From: Phycisphaerales bacterium
GTDB taxonomy: Bacteria > Planctomycetota > Phycisphaerae > WQYP01
DNA length: 36,531 nt
NCBI GenBank assembly: GCA_027451365.1
Contig: DAIDJN010000016.1
Location: forward strand, 1 to 36,531
Direction of reading: 5' to 3'
Shown here: positions 19,241 through 28,051 of the stretch, piece after piece
Numbering within the stretch: position 1 is the first letter of the stretch
Layout: each line of letters starts with the position of its first letter
Position numbers and translations under genes: made by a program
The notes under the pieces: model-generated
What the model was told of the DNA's origin: nothing
The model's database searches: none
The model's input: the letters and a program-made list of their open reading frames with translations, nothing else

Positions 19241-19346
19241 GCCCAGGACGCTGGATATCGTATAACCGGAAGCCAATAATCATGACCACGACACAAAGGC
19301 GCACCGGAATAAACCAATCCACAGTAACCTACGGCTCTCACGATGG

Positions 19347-19727
19347 ATGATAGGAACGAACATTCGCCACCTGAAAATCACACTGGGCATGGATGTACTC
19401 AAGCGCAAGACCCTTGATGGGGTGCGTAAGGAAAGGCTGATATTTCTATTGGTATACAACCTTATCCGCATCATCATGTTGCAGGCGGTGCGACGGCAGG
19501 GTGTCAACGTCAATCGTCTGAGCTTTGCTGATACCCTCGCATGGATACGCCATGGTGATCTGCATCATTGTCCGCCCTTAATCGTCAACCCCCTTACGTT
19601 CCGGCCGATTGGAACCGCGTGTACTCAAACGCCCCAAAAAGCAGTTCCCCTATATGACCAAACCACGGGCCGTACTCAAAGCACAACTCTTTGAAAAATA
19701 TGGCGATTTGGCTTAACTTAGTGGCAT
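19347..19727 (+). mobile_element. IS4-family transposase 3' remnant (frameshifted) with probable right end
   Basis: IGTNIRHLKITLGMDVLKRKTLDGVRKE..VYNLIR..M (degenerate DDE E-helix), then after a frameshift near 19590 RLEPRVLKRPKKQFPYMTKPR; ends in CTTAACTTAGTGGCAT. Confidence 0.78.
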
Positions 19728-19795
19728 AAAGCTACGTCCCCGTTTCGCCCTCCCTCGCTTCAAATTAAAATTCAACGACCAGTCTTTCCTCTCCT

Positions 19796-20134
19796 TCATT
19801 CACTTCGCCCGCTTCCCCGCCGTGCAAAACTGCGCAAAACCAACGAGCACCCGACCGCGATACAACCTGCAATCGCCGCATAGACAAGCCCCCATAATGC
19901 AATAAACGCGATCCCCACGCCGAAATCCCCCAAAAACTCCGTCGACGGCGGAAGCAGTGAATGCGAATATGAAATGACAGGCCCATAAGCCAGATCGAAT
20001 ACCTGCGTCACGCTCCTCTGGGCTGTCGCTGGAAGGATCGAAGTGACCGTGAAAACGCAAACCTGCACTGCCGCCGCAACCCAGAACGCCGTCATGAAAA
20101 TCGAAAACCTTGTGGTGTAACTATTATTCTTCAT
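19796..20134 (-). CDS. Putative immunity protein (membrane-bound) for the upstream RHS toxin
   Basis: 112 aa with two hydrophobic segments; start codon overlaps the toxin stop (TAATG at 20134). Confidence 0.65.
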   Translation of the reverse strand: MKNNSYTTRFSIFMTAFWVAAAVQVCVFTVTSILPATAQRSVTQVFDLAYGPVISYSHSLLPPSTEFLGDFGVGIAFIALWGLVYAAIAGCIAVGCSLVLRSFARRGSGRSE

Positions 20135-20958
20135 TACAACCTCCTCGGAATGGTAATATTAAACGGCTGTCGGTTCAAATTAGGGCCGAGCGGTGGTAGT
20201 TGGACATGATTCGACTGGGGAGCTACCGCACTGCCGCAGGGGATGCATTGGTGCGGCGCATTCGTCGCTACCACACCGAACCGCCAAGCGTGTATACCCA
20301 AATAATTGCGCAACGATGCTGAAGATGCATCGAAATCGTATCCCAGAGAGACGGCGTCGTGGTTTCCCTGAGTCTGGGGGCCCGCATTTGCGCCCACCGC
20401 TCCCGCATACGTTTGGTACCAAGTCATGAGGAACTCGCTCGCGGCCACACCGTAGATAAAGTTACCAATTGCACTCGTATGAATGCATTTCCCAGCGAGG
20501 GTAACGGTGTCCTTGCAAAGCTTTCCTGTGCGGCAAGACGCCGAGAAAAACTGTGTATTGGGGAAATATTTAAGATTGATCCCGATCTCTGCAAGGAACG
20601 CATATTCATAGCTCTTCCACCTCACTATTGTGGGCTCGTACCACGGAGTCTCTTGCCGGGCCCATTTGTTTATCAGCGGCTGCAGACCGCGAATCCATTT
20701 TTGAAATATTTTCACTTCAACCGCTAGCCAGGCCGTTATATCCGGACCGCAAGAGCACCAATGCGCCAGCCCGCTCCCGTCCAGGTTTCCGACGGGCCCG
20801 CCTTCCACATACTCATACAAATTAATTCCGCCATCGTACCCAATCGGATCACGCTGAATCCAACGGCCAAGTACCGGGTTGTATGTCCGATTGCGGACGT
20901 AATAAAGCTGCGTTTCAGAATCAAAACGGTAGCCGCAGTAGATTATTTCATTCGCACA
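20134..20958 (-). pseudogene. Orphan RHS repeat-associated core fragment plus C-terminal toxin domain (Ntox44-like)
   Basis: YCGYRFDSETQLYYVRNRTYNPVLGRWIQRDPIGYDGGINLYEYV..GPVGNLDGSGL, then a tip with GNFIYG and a downstream Asp (HDAVSLGYD). RHS homology has no credible start codon. Confidence 0.82.
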
Positions 20959-21168
20959 GGAGGTATTGGAGAAATTGGGTGTATCGCGGTGGCGACGGAC
21001 AGACAGGATTTCTGCGGTCCGGCGACCAGGAGTTTTTCCAGCCTGCCAAGACTCATCGCGCCAGCGGCCGCAACTTCGCGGCTTGGTACCGTGGTCGTGA
21101 AAAAATTGTTTATCCAGTGCAACCATAAACTGCCTTGAGAAAGGCCGACCTTGCTTCGGTAATTTAAA

Positions 21169-21430
21169 TCATACGTCGGCATTCGCTAACTGCCAAGCCA
21201 GTCCACGTCCCAGATCATCCATTATTTTGACGCCCGATTCGCCGTTGCCATCCACCGACACCGTACCATTCCCCCGGCTGTCATAGCCCATATAACTGAT
21301 GCGGACATTGCTGGCGCGCGGCACAAAGCTGATCGACCCGTCCGCACCTGGCTGCGCCCAAATGGTCATCCAATTGATGTAGTTGTAGTCCATGAAGGCC
21401 TGAATTTCAGGTAAATCCGCTTCAACAGAA
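21169..21430 (-). pseudogene. Fragment with YD/RHS-repeat-like sequence
   Basis: GYDSRGNGTVSVDGNG...DDLGR resembles YD repeats; short and interrupted by a stop. Confidence 0.5.
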
Positions 21431-21487
21431 TGAAGAATACGTTTTCGAGCGCGCTACCATTTCTAAGAGTTGCGCCAACAACGGATG

Positions 21488-22147
21488 TCACCCTTTTGCC
21501 TCCCCGGACCGGGGTCCGGCAATCCAACGATCCTCTCGAACTAATTGGCGAACCGCGACGTAATCGCCGGCCTTCACCGCCCGTCCAATATCAAGCAGCC
21601 ACTCACGCTCAGCGTCGGAGATACCCGCCAATTGGCTAAGCCCAATAAAATCGCCGGCCGCGGCCAATTTCTTCATCTCAACGCCAAGCGCCTCTAACTC
21701 GAAGCCACCAATATCTGCCGGAGGACCGCAGCCATGTTCCGAGTTCAGGAACCGGGCAAGAATAAAAATTGATTCGTCCGTCGTAAGCCTGCTACGGAAT
21801 CGGATGAATGCATCCATAAAACTATCGAATTGCATCGAGACTTCTCTCTTGGTCACAATAGCGGCGTCAGCTATCATCAGAACCGCAAAAGCCCAAAAAA
21901 CGATCTTCTCCGGCTCATTTTCAAATGATACATAGCATGGCATTATTTCAGCGAATACAAAAAACACCTCTTCATAATCCCCCAAAAACCGGCCCTCCAG
22001 CAGAGCCAGCAATTGATCCCGCGAAAAACACAGGATTTCATGTCCACCAGTTTCGCGAATTTTGCGCAAAAAAACATCCCTATCGAACTGGCCCCCAACG
22101 AGCCGTTGCCATAATAGGCCCAGAAATTTAATTTCGACGGAATTCAT
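21488..22147 (-). CDS. Hypothetical protein, putative immunity protein of the second RHS tip
   Basis: Acidic ORF; ATG22147 lies 15 nt after the toxin stop at 22162 (alternative TTG at 22195). Confidence 0.6.
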   Translation of the reverse strand: MNSVEIKFLGLLWQRLVGGQFDRDVFLRKIRETGGHEILCFSRDQLLALLEGRFLGDYEEVFFVFAEIMPCYVSFENEPEKIVFWAFAVLMIADAAIVTKREVSMQFDSFMDAFIRFRSRLTTDESIFILARFLNSEHGCGPPADIGGFELEALGVEMKKLAAAGDFIGLSQLAGISDAEREWLLDIGRAVKAGDYVAVRQLVREDRWIAGPRSGEAKG

Positions 22148-22161
22148 TCGGAGCACCGCCC

Positions 22162-22870
22162 TTAATTCGGCAAAATAAAGCTTTTCTTCAAGCAATAATC
22201 TGCCGCCGCTTGCTTTTCAATAATCTGCTCGATATGCCACTTCTCATTTAATGTACTCCCAAAGGCAATGCTGCCAGCCAAAATAAAATCGCGTCTTAGC
22301 CTGAAGTACTCAAGGCGCAAGCTAACCTCGATATCAAGGCAAATAAAATTTGCCATGGCGATTGGTCTCCGCAGGCATCGACTGCCCTTGCACCCCCTGC
22401 ATCCGAGATCCTTGTATCCATAGTAGACCGATAGACACCTCGCGTTAAGCGCGAGGAGTTCGTCGGCCGCTTGCACCTCTGTTTTGGCCAGCACGTCGCC
22501 CGAAGCGTCGATTATGGTCTCGACCTCCTCGACGTTCCCGGCCGCGATTGCATCCGCGAGCACAATCCCGGGCGATCTGTAACCGCAATAGATTATTTCA
22601 TTGGCACCGTAATCTGACTGCACATCATCATCGGTAAACCAGCGGCCGTCAGAGCCAGGCTCGATAAAAATTAACGTATTGCCGTAGGCGTCAGTGTCAT
22701 ACGCTTCTACGATGCCGCCACCGGAATTCGTCAGCGCCACCGCCCGGTACAGCAAATCCTGCAACAAATAATACGCCCCGGCAGGCACTGATTGCGGCCC
22801 GGCGGCCACCAACAGGTTCAACTGGATGCATTCGTCAATAGATGTTCCCCAGATATATTGCCGAACCGGT
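22162..22870 (-). pseudogene. Second orphan RHS core fragment (internally deleted) fused to a Cys-rich C-terminal domain
   Basis: RQYIWGTSIDE, YYLLQDLLYRAVALTN.GG.IVEAYDTDAYG and ANEIIYCGYR, then an abrupt switch to unrelated sequence. The distal core including DPxGL is missing. Confidence 0.78.
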
Positions 22871-22909
22871 GTATCCGTGCTGCCGCTGCCCCGGCGGCCG
22901 CAACTAACC

Positions 22910-22935
22910 CTCTGTGCCCTCTGCGATCTCTGTGG
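22910..22935. repeat. 9-bp-period CTCTG(T/C)G triplet repeat
   Basis: CTCTGTG cc CTCTGCG at CTCTGTG g, with units at 22910, 22919 and 22928. Confidence 0.7.
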
Positions 22936-23284
22936 CTCGTCCGTTCCGCCAATCCCATACGCATATTGCCCGCCCGGCCACTGGGGACCAATCGCGTTTT
23001 CTATGCTATCCGCATTCCTGACCATTTTACGGCCCCGTTTGAACCACAATCATCAAACCGCGAACCTGGCAAACCCATTTGCAATGGCCTGTTTATACCC
23101 CTCTACCATCCCCAACACAAGAAAAAAACGCATCGCCCGCAGCCCATACGGCACCGAATTAAAGCGAATCACCGACCGGCGCGTCCACAGACCCCCTTTT
23201 TGTTTTTGAGCGTTCCGGGTTACAATAAATCCATCGGATATCCCGGTGGAACGGCCACAAGTGTCTTGAAAAGGCTGCGCATGT

Positions 23285-24676
23285 ATGGTTTTATCGCTGG
23301 AAATTATGCCATTGGAAGAACGGGCACCCGAACCCGCCCCGCCCAAAACCATTGTTGTTCGTTACGGGTTCCTTCGCGACATTGGAGAATTCCAAAGTGA
23401 CCTGAAAACCAAAGTCGGCTGCGGATCGAAACTTGTCGTTCGCACCAATCGCGGCACCGAAATTGCAGAAATGCTTACCACCGTCTGCGGCAACGGTGGA
23501 TGCGGAAAATCCATCACCCGCGATAAACTCCTTGATTACATTTCCCGCTCCGGTGGTGACAAATTCCCCTTTTCCGAGGCAGGCCGCGTCTTGCGCGTCG
23601 CCACAGCCCAGGATCTGGCGCAGCAGCGGCGGTTGGATGAACAAAAGCCGGCGCACCTGACCATGGCGCGCGAGCTGGTGGGTCAGCACAAAATCCCCAT
23701 GAAAATGGTGGACATTGAATATCTGCTTGGTGGCGAGCGAATTTTATTTTATTTCACCAGCGAACATCGGGTCGATTTTCGATCCCTGGTGCGGGAACTG
23801 GTTCAACGCGTCCACACGCGCATTGAACTCTGCCAGGTGGGTGCCCGTGATGAGGCCCGCCTGGTTGCGGATTACGACAAATGTGGCCAGCACTGCTGCT
23901 GCAAACAATTCCTCAAAGTGCTGACACCCATTTCCATGCGGTCAGCCAAGGTGCAGCGGGCCACACTCGATCCAGTAAAAATAAATGGCCGCTGCGGGCG
24001 GCTTATGTGCTGCCTGCGTTATGAAGACCAGACTTATGAAGAACTTCGGAAAAAACTGCCGCCAAAAAATTCCCGTCTGCGCACCGCACAGGGCGAAGGC
24101 TGGGTCATCGACAGCCAAATACTGACGCAGCTTGTACTGGTGCAATATGATGATGGGTCCCAGGTCGCGGTCCCTATGGAAAATATTGAGGCGTTTAACC
24201 TGCCCAAACCAAAATTACCCAGTGGCCGCGCCATGCAGTTCCCCGGAGATTTCGACCGCGCTCCAATGCCGCCCGCCGCACAAGGCTCGCAGGTGGCAGG
24301 TCGTCGCGGCCCACTGAATCCCACTGAACCGCAAAAGTCCGCATTCCCTCCCAATCGTGATTCCGGCCCGCGCGTCCCCCGGAATCAGGCCGATCGACCA
24401 GCGCATTCCAAAGACAACCGCGAATCAGGTCGCTCCATCCCGCCGGGTGGAGCATCGAACCAGGCGGCACCGCCCCGAATTGCCGCCGCATCATTACCAC
24501 CCGTAGCCGAAACGCCGCAGACCGGAGAGGTCCGCACCACCGATGCCTCCGCTAAAGACATCGCCCCCGTCGCGCCTCGGCCGCCGACGGCGGAAAGCCC
24601 GCGTCCCTCGGCGTCGGCCCCCGCCGAATCGCCCGAGCAGACAGATCATGATCATGATCATGGAGAGCGAGCTTAG
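23285..24676 (+). CDS. PSP1-domain / RicT (YaaT)-like protein with Pro-rich disordered tail
   Basis: FYFTSEHRVDFRSLVRELV....RIELCQVGARDEAR, CGQHCCC and KINGRCGRLMCCLRYE motifs. Start may be ATG23306. Confidence 0.9.
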   Translation: MVLSLEIMPLEERAPEPAPPKTIVVRYGFLRDIGEFQSDLKTKVGCGSKLVVRTNRGTEIAEMLTTVCGNGGCGKSITRDKLLDYISRSGGDKFPFSEAGRVLRVATAQDLAQQRRLDEQKPAHLTMARELVGQHKIPMKMVDIEYLLGGERILFYFTSEHRVDFRSLVRELVQRVHTRIELCQVGARDEARLVADYDKCGQHCCCKQFLKVLTPISMRSAKVQRATLDPVKINGRCGRLMCCLRYEDQTYEELRKKLPPKNSRLRTAQGEGWVIDSQILTQLVLVQYDDGSQVAVPMENIEAFNLPKPKLPSGRAMQFPGDFDRAPMPPAAQGSQVAGRRGPLNPTEPQKSAFPPNRDSGPRVPRNQADRPAHSKDNRESGRSIPPGGASNQAAPPRIAAASLPPVAETPQTGEVRTTDASAKDIAPVAPRPPTAESPRPSASAPAESPEQTDHDHDHGERA

Positions 24677-24677
24677 C

Positions 24678-25091
24678 ATGGCCTACTGGTTGTTAAAGAC
24701 CGAGCCTGACAGTTATAGCTTCGCCGACCTCCAGCGGGATAAAAAAACCGTTTGGGACGGTGTCACCAACAATCTGGCGTTAAAAAACCTACGCCAGATA
24801 AAAAAAGGCGATCAGGCCCTTATTTATCATACCGGAGATCAGCGATGCATCGCCGGAATTGCCGCCGTCACGCGCGATGCCTACCCAGATCCAAAGCAAA
24901 GTGACGCCAAACTGGCGGTGGTGGACCTGATACCGGAAAAATCGTTCGTCTATCAGGTCACGCTGGCACAGATTAAGGCCGACGGGAGTTTTGCCGGTTG
25001 GGACCTTTTGCGACTGGGGCGATTATCCGTCATGCCGGTTGCGCCCGACCATTGGCAGCGGATATTACAACTTTCCGCCGGCAAGCATTGA
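24678..25091 (+). CDS. EVE domain protein
   Basis: MAYWLLKTEP..YSFADL....WDGVTN..A...LR.IKKGD...YHTG...RLSVMPV; starts 1 nt after the PSP1 stop. Confidence 0.92.
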   Translation: MAYWLLKTEPDSYSFADLQRDKKTVWDGVTNNLALKNLRQIKKGDQALIYHTGDQRCIAGIAAVTRDAYPDPKQSDAKLAVVDLIPEKSFVYQVTLAQIKADGSFAGWDLLRLGRLSVMPVAPDHWQRILQLSAGKH

Positions 25092-25331
25092 TCGATCCAG
25101 GCGGCCTTGACGATCCGCCCGTCTGACAATTAAGGCCGCTGACAATCCACTGATCGGAAATTGTCCAACTGCACTTTTTTCTCAAATAAAATCGGGTATA
25201 GTGTAGGCAGGTCAGGAAGACCCCGCACGGGTTTGCCGCCGTCACGATCCAGCCAATAATCGTTTGCAGCCGGAACGTCGGCTAACGGGCGGCGGCATGA
25301 TTTAATTAACCGACCGGCAGGATGCCACGCA

Positions 25332-26690
25332 ATGGCGAAAAGATCGGAACCTGTTCAATGGCCATCCCGTATCAGTTGGCCAAAATCTCCGCTGGCGCTT
25401 CTTGACTCCCCCACCGCGGCGCGAATCAAACAGGCTGGCCGGGGAATTTCCATTTCGCTTCGGCCGATTTCCCTTAATCTGGATGAACTGCTTTTTCTGA
25501 TCTGTCTGACATTGCTGGGCTTCGGCATGTTGATGGTGCAAAGCGCCAACGCCCGAATCTCTTCCGGCAAGGGCAACTTTTTCCGCGAATTCTTTCTAAG
25601 TGCGCCGGCCCTTCATGCGGTGCTTGCCGCAGCATTTATGATTTTTATATGGCGCATGGACTACCGCCGTTTAATCGGCAAAACACTCTGGCGGTCTGCC
25701 GCGACATGGCTGATGGCGCTTTCCCTTGTTTTCCTGGCACTTGTGCTCACACGATTCGGTGCCAGTATTAACGGTGCCAAGCGTTGGCTTATGATTCACA
25801 TCGGATCGCATGCCGTCGGTTTTGAACCATCGGAAATCGCCAAATGGGCCTTGGTGGTGTTTGTAGCCGTTTATGCGGCTCACCAGCAGGATAAAATCCG
25901 GCAATTTTTTCGCGGCTTTGTTCCGCTTATCGCCGTCATCGGTTTAACCAGCCTGCTGATTCTGCGCGAAGACTTCGGCACCACGGTATTAGTTGCGGGG
26001 GTCTGCGGCGTGCTTATGCTGATGGCCGGCTGCCGCTGGCGGCATCTGGCGATGCTTCTTCCTCCGGCGGCGGCGGTGCTTTATTTTGCCATCCTGAAAA
26101 GCCCTTACCGCGTTGAACGGCTGCTTATATTTCTTCACCCGCACATGGACCCGCGCGGAGCCGGATATAACCCTATTCAGTCATTGCTGTCTTTCGCCAG
26201 CGGTGGATTCTGGGGCCGCGGTCTGGGCAACGGAATTCAGAAAATGGGTTATTTGCCGGAAGATTCCACCGATTTTATCTTCAGTCTGGTCGCCGAAGAA
26301 CTCGGCTTTTTCGGATGCATGATCATCGTGCTTCTGTTTACAAGCCTGACCATTGCCGGATGGCGCATCGGCCAGCGCTGCGAAAATCTGTTCGGCAAAA
26401 TGGTCGCATTCGGCTGCACCGCCACCATCGCTCTGCAGGCGGCAATGAACATAGCTGTGGTTACTGTCACTGTTCCGACCAAAGGTATCGCCCTGCCGCT
26501 GGTTTCGTCTGGCGGCACCGGCTGGATAATGACCGCCGGGGCCATTGGCCTGCTCATGAGTATTGACCGCGTGAGCCGCCTGGAGGATGGCGGCACGAGG
26601 CACGAATCGGCAATGGCTGCACCGGAACTTTCATCGGCACTGAAGAAGTCCGCCGCCGGCACACCGCCTGCCGCAGCATCGCCAGTTTAA
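25332..26690 (+). CDS. ftsW: SEDS-family peptidoglycan glycosyltransferase (FtsW/RodA)
   Basis: Multi-TM protein with NGAKRW, FEPSEIAK, DFGTT, GGFWGRGLG, LPEDSTDFIF..EELG and PTKGIALPLVSSGG motifs; directly upstream of murG. Confidence 0.9.
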   Translation: MAKRSEPVQWPSRISWPKSPLALLDSPTAARIKQAGRGISISLRPISLNLDELLFLICLTLLGFGMLMVQSANARISSGKGNFFREFFLSAPALHAVLAAAFMIFIWRMDYRRLIGKTLWRSAATWLMALSLVFLALVLTRFGASINGAKRWLMIHIGSHAVGFEPSEIAKWALVVFVAVYAAHQQDKIRQFFRGFVPLIAVIGLTSLLILREDFGTTVLVAGVCGVLMLMAGCRWRHLAMLLPPAAAVLYFAILKSPYRVERLLIFLHPHMDPRGAGYNPIQSLLSFASGGFWGRGLGNGIQKMGYLPEDSTDFIFSLVAEELGFFGCMIIVLLFTSLTIAGWRIGQRCENLFGKMVAFGCTATIALQAAMNIAVVTVTVPTKGIALPLVSSGGTGWIMTAGAIGLLMSIDRVSRLEDGGTRHESAMAAPELSSALKKSAAGTPPAAASPV

Positions 26691-26745
26691 CCAACACACC
26701 GCGCAACCGGGTTCGCGGGAGTACGGATCTGAATGGAAAACCGTT

Positions 26746-28020
26746 GTGACTGAATCGCTTGATACCACCCCAGCCGCCCGCACATTGCCTGGCCGGCTTT
26801 CATTTATTTTCGCCGGTGGGGGCACCGGCGGTCATCTGTATCCGGGCGTCGCGGTTGCCGAGGCCATGGAACAACGGCTCGGCCGACCACCCGACGTCAT
26901 TTGGGCGGCAACTCCGCGCGCGGTGGACCGGCGACTGCTGACACGATATGGGGAACAATACATCGCGCAAACAGTTCAACCATTGAAGCGGAATCCATTG
27001 AGCTTGCCGGGCTTCTACATTGCCTGGCGAGATTCCTGCCGCTACTGGCAGAATCAATTTATGCGGCGGCCACCGAGCGCGGTGCTCGCGCTGGGCGGGT
27101 ATGCCGCGGGGCCAGCCGCATATGTGGCCCATCGCATGGGAATTCCGGTGGGCCTGCTGAATCCGGATGCGTTGCCGGGTCTGGCCAACCGTTTTCTGAT
27201 GGCGCACGTGGACCGCATTTTTGTCCAATGGCCAATGGCGGACTCCCAAAGCCGCAAATTTATATCACTTATTCATGTTTCCGGATGCCCTGTTCGCTCC
27301 GGACTTGTGGGGCTTCCGCGCGAGGATGCTATAAAACGACTCGGCCTTGACGCGGCCCGACGCACGCTGGTGGTAACCGGTGCATCTCTGGGTGCCCGGA
27401 CCATTAACGATGCGATGGTGGAATTGCGGCATGACCGCGAATTCCTTGATCTCCTGAATCGGCCGCATGAAGATTTCGCCGGCTGGCAGGTTCTGCTTTT
27501 GACGGGAATGGAACAGGCCGCGGCTATTGGATCGGCTATGGTTGCGACATCGGATGGCCCGCGGCAGAAAAATACTGGCGCACGTCATTGGCACCTGCTG
27601 GACTACGCCGACGACATGGCCGCAGTCTGGGCAGCGAGCGACCTGGTAATCGCGCGGGCGGGTGCCGGAACGTGTGCGGAACTTACGGCCTGCGGCCTGC
27701 CATCCATCCTATTGCCCTATCCTCATCACCGCGATCAACATCAACGGGCCAATGCGCGTAACCTTGAACAGGCAGGCGCCGCAATCTTGCTGACCGACCA
27801 GTTGAACGCCCGGAAAAACGCCGTCGCAATTAAGGAAGTTTTTTCCGCGCTTTTGATGGATCGGCCCCGACTGCGTACCATGGCGGAAAGTGCACGGCGG
27901 CAGGGTAAACCCGATGCGGCAGGCCAAGTTGCGGATTGGCTTATCGAACAGGGCATAAAAAGACCGATAAATAACTCAAGCCGGGTTGTGCAAACCGGCG
28001 TGTCCCCGCTTGGGACATAA
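26746..28020 (+). CDS. murG: UDP-GlcNAc:lipid I N-acetylglucosaminyltransferase
   Basis: GGGTGGHLYP, GGYAAGP, PGLANR, GASLGA, RAGAGT and HQRANA motifs. Confidence 0.93.
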   Translation: MTESLDTTPAARTLPGRLSFIFAGGGTGGHLYPGVAVAEAMEQRLGRPPDVIWAATPRAVDRRLLTRYGEQYIAQTVQPLKRNPLSLPGFYIAWRDSCRYWQNQFMRRPPSAVLALGGYAAGPAAYVAHRMGIPVGLLNPDALPGLANRFLMAHVDRIFVQWPMADSQSRKFISLIHVSGCPVRSGLVGLPREDAIKRLGLDAARRTLVVTGASLGARTINDAMVELRHDREFLDLLNRPHEDFAGWQVLLLTGMEQAAAIGSAMVATSDGPRQKNTGARHWHLLDYADDMAAVWAASDLVIARAGAGTCAELTACGLPSILLPYPHHRDQHQRANARNLEQAGAAILLTDQLNARKNAVAIKEVFSALLMDRPRLRTMAESARRQGKPDAAGQVADWLIEQGIKRPINNSSRVVQTGVSPLGT

Positions 28021-28051
28021 AGTTTGTTGACGTTGGCATGGAAGCCGGAAT

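Noticed and set aside
18900..19340. CRISPR array or tRNA integration site in the non-coding island segment
   Set aside because: No regularly spaced identical repeats and no tRNA cloverleaf or T-loop motif seen.
20959..21126. N-terminal extension of the 330-aa RHS ORF
   Set aside because: Sequence upstream of ANEIIYCGY has no RHS character and looks like fortuitous open frame.
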